64,000 nucleotides of DNA, from NCBI RefSeq assembly GCF_964204645.1, contig NC_134026.1:2069950-2133949 (forward strand). The letters run 5' to 3'. Both the position numbers and the translations under genes were made by a program. This DNA comes from Tubulanus polymorphus (Eukaryota > Animalia > Nemertea). Position 1 is the stretch's first letter, and each line of letters begins with the position of its first letter. The notes below the pieces were generated by a model. The model searched no databases. It had not been told where the DNA came from and worked only from the letters and a program-made list of their open reading frames with translations. Below, piece after piece: positions 26,701 to 39,004 of the stretch.

Positions 26701-27041
26701 TTTGTTTGTGCTTCTAGGCAAAGGAAGCTGCTTTGAATGAAGCAAAGAAGGACAAGAAACAGAAGAAAAAAGACAAAAAGAAGAAGCGAAAGTCCGGCGC
26801 CGCTGAGGAGGTCAAACAAGAAGCGATGGAAACTGATGAACCGCCGAAGAAAAAGAAGAAAGCGGACGTTACTTTGAACGAGACAACCGACGACGACGCT
26901 CAGACACCGAAAAAGAAGAAAAAGAAGAGCAAAGATAAATCGATGAACGAAACGATGGAAACGGATACATCGGTGAATGTTACAACTGATGACACTGACA
27001 CACCCAGTAAGAAGAAGAAAAAGAAGAAGAAATCGTCATAA
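23713..27041 (+). CDS. NOP56: Nucleolar protein 56 (box C/D snoRNP core protein)
   Basis: Exon 1 encodes only the ATG (ATG|GTAAGT). Further exons at 24057-24264, 24343-24513, 24796-24993, 25340-25527, 25641-25792, 25869-25969, 26062-26331 and 26718-27041 encode [68 protein letters not shown] and a Lys-rich tail. Confidence 0.98.
26378..26677. mobile_element. Degenerate MITE with a strong internal hairpin in the last NOP56 intron
   Basis: Decayed TIRs GGCAATTCTAGGG / CCCTAAAATTTGT. Nested inverted repeats GAATCTGAAA/TTTCAGATTC, TGCGATTTC/GAAATCGTA and AGAGGCTTGG/CTAAGTCTCT. Confidence 0.55.
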
Positions 27042-28135
27042 ACTAACAATCCTTTCGTTCGATTTATTTTACTCAATTTCTTATGAAACGGCGATGATTT
27101 TATTTCGTTTTATGCATTTTATCTTAAATCATGAATAATACTAAATGATTTTACTGGAAAATTAAGCGAAATTTATTGAAGAATATCTACTATTATATGT
27201 GTACTTAGGTACAGCATTATATGAATGAAAAATGTAGCCTACAAAAGATAATTTGAATGATGATATCTGAGGGATGAGTGACGTCCTGCAGCAGGTTAGC
27301 TTTAATTGAAGTGTCATTGCTGGATATATTCTCTTTAAAATACATAATGAGCTATAAGATAAATTTCATTCATGGTTTTGTAAATAATATTTGGTAAACT
27401 AGTGGCGGGTTACCGTTGGTAATTACATGTAGTGTCGGAATGGATATTTCAATTCTAATATGGATGAAATAATGATTGATATTTTACTCATGTATGTAAT
27501 GATTAAACAGTTGTATTTCGTTTCGTGCTTAACGTATGCAATTTGAAATTGAATATGAAAAAAACATAGAAAATGAATTTTAGTTTGTTGAAGCCTTTTT
27601 CATGTTGTGGATCTTCTCATTAACACATCCAGGATATCTAGACCAGATTATATGAAGGGTGAGGGGACTCACTAAACAAAGGAAAGGAATGCATGAAGGA
27701 AAAGTGGATATCGAAAGGATAATTAGTGCTTTTTGGGTTCTTGTTGAAGGAAGTCGTGCATCTTCGAAAAAGATTTAACGTGTTCCCGGTGAAGTGTCGT
27801 CCTCTGTGAACCATCTAGAAGAGGATCGTCTTTGTTTTCCAAAAAAAACATATTCATGACGTCATTTCGAATGTTCGCTTTTCAGTTGCATACACGTTTA
27901 CATTCGAACACGATTTATCTTTTCATTGTTTCCAAAGCAACATCTCGGGAACATCTTTGTTGACGCTTAGGGCTGGATTAAAGATGAGGCATGAAAGGGG
28001 TCTTGTATATTATTACTCACTTGATAGGTTTCTTAGATAAAACAACGGATTTTAGTGAATGGGCCATAGGTAGCCTCATGTTTGAAAATATCTGGGCTCA
28101 CATTTATCAGATCCATACATATCAACATATTAGAA

Positions 28136-31100
28136 ATGGACGGCCGCATTCTGTATGCAATTTGTTTCCGGCTCTTGGTAAGTTTTCAAAAATCTGTAGT
28201 GTTGTGAAATGGCTAATTTCTTGTATTTACTTCAACATCGCAGAAGATCTTTCAGGTACTGAGCAAACATATTCTTCTTAATCTTCAACATATTCTTCTT
28301 AACCTTCAATCTTCTCGTGAACAAAATTGTCATGTTGGGTCCCTCGAGACCTGTACCAATCGTACGTACCATGTTTATGTAACTGGAGAACTAAGAGAAG
28401 AAGCAAATATTTCTAGCCTATGAATGCTATGAGTTCCAAAAGATAAACAAATGTGAAAAGATTTTTTTTCATTGATATGATCGGTCACACCACAATTAAT
28501 CGTAATTTGCAAAATTTGTAAAGAGAAAAAAAAATGAAAGTGTGTTAACATTTTCTTTTATAGATTTTAGAACTTGTTCTATATCATAGTATATTCTTGA
28601 AAATATTTTGCAATGTGAGGGCCAGCATACGTATTTAGCTGATTAAGTACACTGATATCGGGACATATCCCATGCTCGAAAATCTTTCTGTCTACGATAA
28701 GCTTATGTCAATGAGCGCGGTGAACTACACTCACTCCCGCACCACGAAAACATATATCTTTTCCTACAGTAATATGATTAATTTGTAACTTTTACAGTTT
28801 CAATCTCACGTCTTGACGGCTTATAACTTAACGGGTAAGGTAAACTCCACCAGGCTCTCACGACGATTCGATACAAGTATAAAAAACACGATATAGGCCT
28901 AGAAAAGTCTTCCATTAATGTTCTTCATTAGATATATACCGGTAGTTGAATCGTGTGGCAGCTTGTTTTATTTTTTCCAGAGCTCGGGCAATGTCCTCCA
29001 TTGAATGATAAATGGCCGAATGTAGTGATTACGTATTCAAAAGTCGATGCCTCTCCGAACGGAACAGTTACTGCGCCAACGTCAAACTTTTACGATCACA
29101 CGAGTACGTCTATATATCACACAACAGTAACCCCGAGAAACCGCTCAGGAAATGGCAGTAAGAATAATGGAGGATTTTCAAAGGAGGATTTTTGGAATTC
29201 AACTGACTACCCCGTCTCTCCGAAAAACAAAACTGAACACTACCTAACTCCAGGGGAATTGCGACCAGATCCATTTGGTGAGGCTCAAGGCGCCGTTCTT
29301 TCTGCAACATTACCGTCGCGCAAAAACGAAATATCACAAAGCGTCACAACAAACATCCCGACATTTTCAAATCACGATGGAAGGGTAATAACAGTTAGTA
29401 ATCCTCCTAATAAAGGAACTGAAAAGTTCGCGCTAATGAATGACGTAAATCATCATTCAACAACAGTAAAACCTTTCAAATCAAATCAAACAAGTAACTG
29501 GAAAAATAGAACAACAATTGATAGCAAGAACGTGGAAGACGATAAAAGGGGAAGAGGTAAACAGAGAAAATGGGCTGAAAGAAACCAAACATCCAGTGAA
29601 CAGATGCTGAGAAAGAAGAGATCGGTAAAAAATGAAAAGAACAGAGGACGAAATGACACTATTCAGTTGACTATACAAAAATCTGCTTCTGTTTCATCAA
29701 CTAAGATGTCAAAATCCCCAGCACTTGATGATAATCGTGTAATCAAAGCGATAATCAAATGCAACGACAAGTTTTCATTCAGTGATGGAAGCCTCGTAAA
29801 AGAAATATATTGTAATAATGGGAGCTGGAGCGAATCATTTATACCTGGTTGCGTTATCAGTAAGTTGCAACTTCAATCTGAAATCACCAATAAGTTTACA
29901 TTTTGTAAAACGTCTTGTAAAACTCACCTTTTGCGTATTTTGTTGTTTTACAGAATTAGGCAAACGATGCCCCGATCTACCAGACGATCCGAATGGATTT
30001 ATCGAGGAAGAACAATTCGCAGTCGAAGGCTGGACGGCAGGGGACACAGTTTCACTGAAGTGTAACAACGACTCCGTATTTTCTACAGATCCTACCGAGA
30101 CGAAGATCATAAAGTGTCTACAAAGCGGAAGATGGAACATGGCTCGGCCGATGTGCGAAGGCGCTAGTAAAATAATTGAAGGTTGAAGATTTTATACAAA
30201 CTATACGTAGACTTGATAAAAATAATTACCCATACTTATATACAATAGTACTTAAAAGTGAATGTTTTGTGTATAATTGATTATTAATCTCTTATATTAC
30301 ACATCCTTCCAGCGTCAAGTATGCAGTGTCCTCCATTGAGTGGTGATTGGCCGAACGTAGATATTTCATTGATAAAAAGTAGTCCAGATGACACGCTGCC
30401 GCATAGGAATAAAGATCCGTGGATTAAAGCCGCATTAAATGATTCTGCAAATAACGGTATTAAAAATAAATCTAAGAAAAGTGATACAATAGATAAAACG
30501 GGATATACTATAAACAAGAACACTTCGAGAATACAGCCAACCCAAATATCTACTATTTCAGAAACCTCGATAAGTATTTCAACACCCTTAAATCCAGGAA
30601 TGGTTACTGAGAATTCAAAAGTTACTAATCATCTGGGTAAAGAAAACGAAAAAGATCATAAAGGTAAACCGATACACAATTCAAAAGAATCTGTCGAAGG
30701 GTCCACCAAAGATCATCGAACAGGAGCCGAGTCTATTCTAAATTCGATTGAAAGAGGTTTGCAAGACCATCGTAGAAAGAAGAGATCGACAAATACTGCT
30801 GTAGACATGACGAATTCTACTGCAGATACGAAAAGTAAGACGACTGGAAGAAATGCCATCTTTTTAGAACCAAGAATACGCAACATCTCGGCATTAAATC
30901 GCGTTAAAGCTATATACAAATGCCACGACGAATTTTCTTTTATCGATGGTAGCATCTCTAAAGAGATATTCTGTAATAATGGAAGTTGGAGCGAAATATT
31001 TGTCCCCGAATGCGTCCGTAAGTTGATACTTCTTTATTTCAAGAAAAATACAGTAATGTTTTTTGTTCACTATCGTTTCTTTGGTGCGGGTGCTACAGCT

Positions 31101-33126
31101 TCACAGCGGAGTTTGTTGTTTGATCGATATTAGATATCTCGAATAACGTCTACAGGTCGAAGATGCCCAAGTCTGCCCGAAGATCCGAATGGTTTCACCA
31201 TCAAAAGAGATCATATAGATAAAGGTTGGAGAGAAGGAGATACGGTAAAAGTCGCTTGTAAGTTGAATTCAGAATTTCCGAATGCGACGAATCGTACGAA
31301 AGAAATAGTCATGCGGTGTCTAAAAGGCGGAAATTGGGACAAAAAACGGCCAATTTGTAAAGGTACAAATTTCAATTCAAATTCATTGATTTTGCGTTAA
31401 GAAATGGAAAATTTTGTTTTGCGTTACCTAATTATTCTAGTTACAATGTGCCCAGAAGCTCCGCCCATAAAGAATGCCAGAAATAATGAATACAGAAAGG
31501 CGGGTGGACGCAGTTATTACAAGTGTAAACACGGCTATCGATTCAGCGATATGAAAACTACTAAAGCTATTTCCTGCGGTCATAATGGAAAATGGGCGAA
31601 AAACATAACTGATTACTGTCGGCGTAAGTTAAGTAATTTTCATGATGCTTTGGCGAAACGATTTAATGTATATTTTAGATCTTACGATTTGTCGTTTGCT
31701 GCATGGGAATGCTATTACTTGAATATACAACTTCATTTACGTTTTGTTGATGATGATATGTTGAGATATTCTATCCAAATTCTACAGTGTCCCGATGTCC
31801 CGCTTTCAAAAGACCAGTTAGTGCACGTTGTAGTGGAAAGGATCCGTCTCCTACACCTCCAGTAATCGAAACGTGTTCGTGTGGACCGAATAGATGGTTT
31901 GTAACAAAAGAATTACTAGTTTATCTTTATTGCGATAACTATGGACATTGGAACACTTCATTGCCGGGAGGCTGCGAAGGTAACATATTTATACAGCCGA
32001 ACTTCTCTAACTTGTCATCAGATAAGGTATCACATTCTTAAGTCGTCGATAGTAGTTCCCCCTATGACCATTTAACCCAGTTTGAATGTATATAAACAAA
32101 CGAATGTACGATGAAGAATCACAGAAACTTGACTTCTTCCCGCGCATTGATTGAAATTCTAACAATTTCACCTACTCGCTTAATGAAACATCAGATTGCT
32201 ATTTCCCTTACAGACATTTCATGCCCTCCTCCAAGAAATATTACCGGTACCACATTCACGAACATTATACCAGGCAGAGATAGTTATCCGGTTAACTGGA
32301 CTGCCGAATACGTATGCCCTGCAGGTCACGTGTTTCCGGGTGGAGGTGAACGAACATGGGCTATTTGTTCACTTTATTATCCTGGCCGATGGAGCACTGG
32401 GAATTTCTACCTGAATCAATCTTGTGTTCGTAAGTATCAAAATAGATATGGTTCAATAATATGCCATTTGCTAATATAACGAACGCTTTGTCATAGCATG
32501 TCATTTTTCGATATTTTGCGCATTTCTAGAGGTTACATTTTTTTTGGTTACATTTTGATTAAAGCTAAAGTTTGCCCAAGCGTAGATGAAATACTTGAGC
32601 GTAAACGCAAATTATTGAACAAAACTATTCTCGACTCGCGATTACCAAAACTGACGCCACTGGACGACACTTTTGAATTCAGAAGTCGTTTGATGGTTGA
32701 ATGTGTAGATGATGGATTCTCGCTGCCAGACGACACCAGACAACGTGTTGTTCAATGTGGGTCGGATGCCAACTGGAAACCGAATGTCGCACTTTGCATC
32801 GGTAGGATATCCGTGACACCGAGTGAGCAGTTTATCATTTTCATCATTTCGTGTTGAATTATAAAATCACCATTCATCTTTCAGAAAATGCCATCGTGAT
32901 AAGAAAGTATAAACATGAACCTGTAGAAGCCGAACTAGCGGCAGCCATCGGAACAGTTGCCATTATCATAATAGTCGCTATATTGATGAGTATAATCGCA
33001 TTAGACGCCAGCAATTTGATGAAAAGTTATCGTTTACTGTGCTACAATCTACGACATGCCGGAAAAAAGAATAAAACTCGTCCGATTAAACTGTCAGAGG
33101 AAATCCAATTAGAAGAAATCGCTTAA
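28136..33126 (+). CDS. Type I membrane protein with about 8 sushi/CCP domains, two of them carrying long mucin-like inserts
   Basis: A putative signal peptide comes from two small exons (MDGRILYAICFRLL|ILELVLYHSIFLKIFCNVRA; start is tentative). Phase-1 exons each encode C-P...C...C..G.W...C. The last exon encodes TM AAAIGTVAIIIIVAILMSIIALD and a short basic tail. Confidence 0.85.
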
Positions 33127-33432
33127 TAGGGCGAAATGTGTTACGTAAAACCGTCAAATGTATATATTTCGCAGACCAGTGTCCAGTAGTACTTTACAAT
33201 TTGATATTCTATCACAATTTATTCACTGTGCTCAGTTTACCGGAGTTGGACATTGATCAATAACTTTATCAGATTATGAATATTTGATGGTTCGATAATA
33301 ATTATTCGTTTCATGTTATTGTAATTTACAAATGTAAAATGAGTCAGTTCTCTTAGTAAAGCCCAGTGCGTGTGATTCTATGATGTAATGTAGTAAAAGT
33401 AGATTGATTAGTTGCTTGTAGAGTTTTGTACG

Positions 33433-35990
33433 TTAACAGTCCACCTGGCATATTATACCCAATCGAATGCTGCATCCGGTCTCGAAAAAATACGCATCCG
33501 AATGAGACAAATCGTCGCAAGGAATCGCTGCACATACGTGACTTCCCGTCCTCGACCCCGGGCACCACTTCAGACCCGTAGCTACCATACCTGTCTCTAC
33601 CCAGCGCCATGCACTATTATTGTAGCCGAGGCCTATCCATGTTTTACCTGAAAAACAAGAACATGTATTGTTCATGCTAAAAATAGGATACCCTTGTTTC
33701 TCCTTCGGCGGGGCATGGAATAGCATTGCGGCCATATGAAAACTTCATTAAATCGAAATTTCTACTTTTAAAGCTGAAATTTCCATATGGCCGCAATGTT
33801 CTTCCGTAGCTGGGTCATTTTGCAAACCGAAATACAATTTGTAATCAGTTCATTTCGATAGCTGCCGGGTCTGTAATGGTTAGCTTGATCATGATTTAAA
33901 AAAAAAGTAATGTACAATGTAGATAGGCGGCCGACCGGGTCAACTTTTAAGCTCAGCAGAAAGAGAAAAGGTATCAATTATTTGCCTTAGCGCCTTCAAT
34001 GTTCTGTCTGCGAGATACGCTAGTTCGTTTGGTCATCGTTACATTTACTATTACAGAAATCATCATGTTAGCGTCTTATCTTCCTGCAGAATTCATTCTG
34101 TGTTTAAGTGGCAATCAAATACGTATAAGGTGACCCTATATTGCTTCAATTGCTCAGTAAATTAATTGATAAGTTTAAGGTGAAATCACTATGAAATCAA
34201 TGTACGGCTGAGATTTTTTACAAATTATGATTATTCGCCCAAATTCGTTCAGAGTCGGATTTGTTCCCACCAATTACATTAAACCTTTTGATATGGAATA
34301 TTGTGAAATGAATGTTGTTATCCAAAATCTCAATTTTTGTTATCTTTGTTGCTTGGTTTTTATTTGATATTTTAACTATTTATCATATATATAACGATTG
34401 GCCGAGAGGAACCAACCGTTCAATCATTCTCCACACTCAGTTTACTTACCCGATCCTTCGTCTACGATTTTCTGTTTTAAAGCATTGATTTCAGCATTAG
34501 TTCTCGGTTCGGCGAGAATTCCTCCTAAGTCGTTGCAGCGACCAACTGCATCTTTCCAAGTCAGACGATACCGACTCACGAAATAATAACATTTGTCATT
34601 GACCCCGGTGTATTTTTGATATCCTATATTTTCTGGTTTATGGTGATCAGCTGAAATAGAAAATAATTGTGAAATTTCCACAATTAATTCGACATTTCCG
34701 AAAAGAATTTCCTTTAATATGGTTCAATATAGTAATGAGTGACGACGGCATAACTAGAATTTTCCCAATTGTGTACTTCGATTTAAACAAAAAATTCTAT
34801 TAACTCGACCGCCGATTACACAACTATATCTGTACTTCGATTGCCGATTTCATAAATCAAACCACCTGTTTCGTTCCTGGCAGGGGTGGTGGATCTGTAA
34901 GGGATATCAAATCAAAAAATCAAACGAAATCTACCAATCAAATAAATAACAGGGTCAATCCCTATTTCAAGATCAAAATTCTCAATTATCATATTCATGT
35001 GCACTCAAATCTGTGAACATACGAACTAAACATCATTCCACCCACTGTTTCATTGAAAAGTGTAGTTTCCCTTTGCTACTATTACATAACTGTCTCAAAT
35101 ATTTACTACCAAATATCTGCTTTGCACAGAATAACCAAAAATTTACCTACGTATATGGCGAAACTAGAGATTGCGCATGATTGCTCGCTGGAGGAATTAT
35201 TTGATCTCATCGACTATAATTTTTACATGTTCCAAATCGAATAAATCCTAATTGTCGCCATTAGTTATCGGTATTTGATAAATCACCCGGTATGAAGTAT
35301 CGGTTCGCAATGTCTCCAATAGCGATCGGTCGATGATATGGAAATTACGGTTTCAATCAATCACTTCTCAATGTATTCAATCTAATAATTTCACATCTCA
35401 TTTTCACACAGTGTATTCAAATTCAAAAAATAAATGATGGAAAATCCAGCCAGAGAACAGGGTTTATCATTCCGTTTTAAATTGGGGTTAAATGTGATTG
35501 TAGAGTTTTTTCCGTTCGAAAATGCTTAGTACCAAGAAGTTTCGGACGAAGAGTTTTTGAAGGGATTTATTCAATATATCCGTGATAAAAATCACATATT
35601 AAAAGAAATAAAGAAGATGTATATGAAATATTGAATTAATTCAAATTACGCACCTCTGACAAAGACATTCATATCTTCGCGAACAAACGCTTGATTGCTT
35701 AATTTCAATCTGGCAGAATCCAAAAGAGCACATTGTATATCAGGGTCAAACCACTCAGTACCATAGACGAAACCAACGCAAACAGTCGGGAAATCATACA
35801 GACAGCTTCTAGCACATTCTAAACGACCGATGTTCGGTATATATCGAAGTATATCCGCATTCGATGACCATTTGATTTTAGTCCGCTTTAAAGCCAAATT
35901 GAATACGAAATCTGACGTATATGAAATATCCAGTTCACAAAACAAAATAAGACACCACAAAATCAACTGTGAAAAGTTGGAAAACTTCAT
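33433..35990 (-). CDS. Secreted PAN/apple + C-type lectin domain protein (3 coding exons)
   Basis: Signal peptide MKFSNFSQLILWCLILFC; PAN-like ECARSCLYDFPTVCVGFVY..C.LL; CTLD CYYF...TWKDAVGRCNDLGGILAEP..E / WIGL..WRW..C..C..IIC. Exons at ~35654-35990, 34450-34650 and 33433-33647. Confidence 0.85.
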
Positions 35991-37939
35991 GGTGTCTGTC
36001 GTTTGGCACACCTTGATGTTGAATATTAGAACTACGCGTTTAAAAAACTGCATGGGATTACAGATCTATCCAATTAAATTAGATCTATTTTGATCGGACC
36101 ATATCGCGACATATCGAACACAGCGTCAGGTAATTAACACGAATGTTAGTGAGTTCACCGCGCAAAGTCATGGTCGCTATCCGTAAGAGTAACTGTGCAA
36201 GAGCCGCCGGGTAATGTCACCGGGGAGCAAGATAGAAAAATCACTTTAGATAGAAACTAATTTATGAACGTGCTGTGAACGGGCAAACACACTACTAATT
36301 AGCCATGAAGAAACGCATTATTGTCGGCTAGAAATATTGACTTAACCCCACAATTTTAAGTGTAATTCGTGAGGCCACCAGCCACATGAAACCACGGAGA
36401 TATGTCCATACAGGCTGATGTTATCGATAAACTCATTTCATCACGTTTACGGTTGTCATTAAGATTAGGTGCGATTCATGTGGACGCGGTAAAATATGAC
36501 GTTATACTGTGAGGGAAATATAGAGTGAACTACTTCTCCAAAATCTAATAGATTTATAGAAAAAAAAAACCGGAAAATGTCTGGCGATATACACAGAATT
36601 ACCATTTAGTATTCACATCGACATGAATGACACATTGATATATTGGTATTACGTAATTCAATTTTCTCTGATATATCGTAATCAGAAAGAACTGGTGGTT
36701 TTAAAAAATAGGCTTACGTACAATTATCTACGAAACTGGCTTCGTCAGTATTTTTAACTCTTTTCCATAGACGCTGATAAAAAATCAGGTTATTTTTTTA
36801 AATCAACGAATCTATCATTTTTTAACGCGCAGCTATGCACTCTTCGACTAATCAGGCAGCCGTGTGTCGTGCCGAGTTTCGCGATGTCATCAGGTTCGAA
36901 TCCCTGTCGATGGAGGACGAAGCGGCGTATTTTTCTACCCCTATTATCGAAACGACTATTAGACAATTACGTAATTCTACTTCTTTTTCTGAATGGATTG
37001 TGTAAAGGTTATCACGTTTATGTTATCTAATGGTGTAATAGATAAATAGATTTGAAGTGCAGAATATTACCAAATCCGGCGAACATTTCGTTTCGTGGAT
37101 ATTTTTGAGTCGTAATCTACGAGGATGAGTGTATACTGATGTCGTTCTGATTGACGCTACCAGTGCAGGTATACAGCCAGAGCGGTCGTTTAGTGGAGAT
37201 TTATCGACTTGGGGCGGTGATTTCCGGGCTTTCAATTCGATCGTTTTGAGGAAAATGCGACAATCAAACCCAATCTCAGATTCCGGGTACACCCAATATG
37301 TACCAATTATCCTCGCAAGACAAACAGGAAGAACATCATTTCATTTAATTGCGCATCACTCTAGCTTTAGATTAATTGCAGCTCGCTTTCTATTAGTAAG
37401 TAATTGAGGAGTCGAATGTAATAGAATCTGCGCCTGTCTTCGTGAGGAATAATTGCCTTCGTTTACCGCAGTCGATTCTTTCAAATACCGCAGAACAATC
37501 GCGAAGTTTCCTATTACCCGTTAAAGATCTGAAATTATTTGAACATCAATTCGATTTAGATAACGAGGCTAGTAGCATATTGATGGAAAATGAGAAAAAA
37601 AGGCCACATATCGGCGCGAAGGCTTACGAGCAAAAAAATAATTAGTGTAGTTTTTTTGCCAAAGAAGTACCCGAAATGAACCGCAGTGCTCGCGCGTAGA
37701 AAAAAGCGTCGAATGCATTGATGTTGCCACTTTGCTAACGCCGGATGTGGGCGACTAGATCTATTTGATGTAGTTTATCACGAAGGATACGGAATAATCA
37801 CTCAGGATTCATACGCTGAGCTTTAATGAGAAATAACGTTGGATAGCGCTTCAAAAGGTCACGGAGTGATTTGTTGCTTTGCTGCAAATCATTATTTCTG
37901 TAAATTGAGTTTTACATCTAATTCATTTATCTAAGATCT

Positions 37940-38032
37940 CCTTGGAGGGGAGAGTTGTCCCTGGAGGGGAGAGTAGTTTCTGGAGGGGAGAGTGGTCTCT
38001 GGAGGGGAGAGTAGTCTCTGGAGGGGAGAGTC
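37940..38032. repeat. 19-bp G-rich minisatellite, about 5 copies
   Basis: Unit CTGGAGGGGAGAGTAGTCT with small variants. Confidence 0.9.
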
Positions 38033-38681
38033 AAAGAAACTCTCCGTGCCACTTGCAGCATCCGTTCAAACATCCGAGGGGATTTTGTATGATTTAAACG
38101 TTTTAGAATAATCACTAAATTTTTCCCGGTTGTGTCAAAACTTACAGAATCTGTTTCGTTCTGTTTTGTTGAATTCCCATCCCTGAAGCGATGATTGATC
38201 GCTAGGAAAATCACCGAATCATAAAACTACTCATGGCGTGTCTGCAACCTGGGTTACAATCAGGTAATAAACAGACCAGACAAAAATAGCAAAAATCACG
38301 TCTCAGTCCATACGTGTGTGACGTTATCAATGATTCAAGTGGCAGAAAATGAAAAACGGTATCGAAAAGCAAAACCACAATGTAAGTGATTAGTTTGAAA
38401 TGCGATAATGTTTCATTCGGAAATTAAATTGAAATCAAACTTCCAGAACCCTGTCCAGAATATACGTCTGCAGTGTCTGGTGGATTTTCCCCATACGTAA
38501 TGAATTGTAGTTCATTAAAGTTTCGTCGTTCAATTCCTAGATGGCAATTAAAAAAAAGGAATGTTCTCCCGTCCGAGTTTTGTCGACGTGTTCATACATA
38601 CAAACAATCAGCTCTCATAAAAATTCATGCCGGAACGAAAATCACGACCGGAAGCGCACAAACGATGGTTTATAGTCACTC

Positions 38682-38697
38682 TGACGTCACTTCCGGT
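38682..38697. promoter_or_regulatory. Overlapping CRE/ETS composite element upstream of the GPCR
   Basis: TGACGTCACTTCCGGT, with a second ETS core CCGGAAG at ~38648. A likely 5'UTR intron lies at 38820-38991. Confidence 0.55.
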
Positions 38698-39004
38698 ATA
38701 TTCTGGGAAAAACGCAGGCGTTACCTGAAAGACATTCAGTTGACAATTTGTCGCTGCACGCAACACGAAACGTCACATTCTTGCACAATTTGGAATTCGA
38801 AAGATTTATCTCTAAAAAAGTAAGTGCGCTAAGTTTCGTTGTGAATGCTAATAATCTAATTTTTGTTACTTTCTATTTTTTTATAAATGAAATGTGCATC
38901 GTTTTTTCTTAAAAGATACCTAATTCTTTATAGAATCGCTTTGATTTCGTATTTACATGGGTCATTTACCGGTTCATTTACCTATTTTCAGGTGAACCCA
39001 AACA

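Noticed and set aside
27257-27270. Box C/D-like ATGATGA-TAT-CTGA downstream of the NOP56 stop, a possible autoregulatory K-turn
   Set aside because: Only 3 nt separate the boxes and there is no flanking stem. Such motifs are common in AT-rich DNA.
30160-30170. GC donor in the sushi gene (GAAG|GCGCTA)
   Set aside because: A GT donor of the same phase lies 6 nt downstream, so the two cannot be distinguished.
37023-37645. Short ORFs between the lectin and GPCR genes
   Set aside because: No recognisable motifs and no consistent splice chain.
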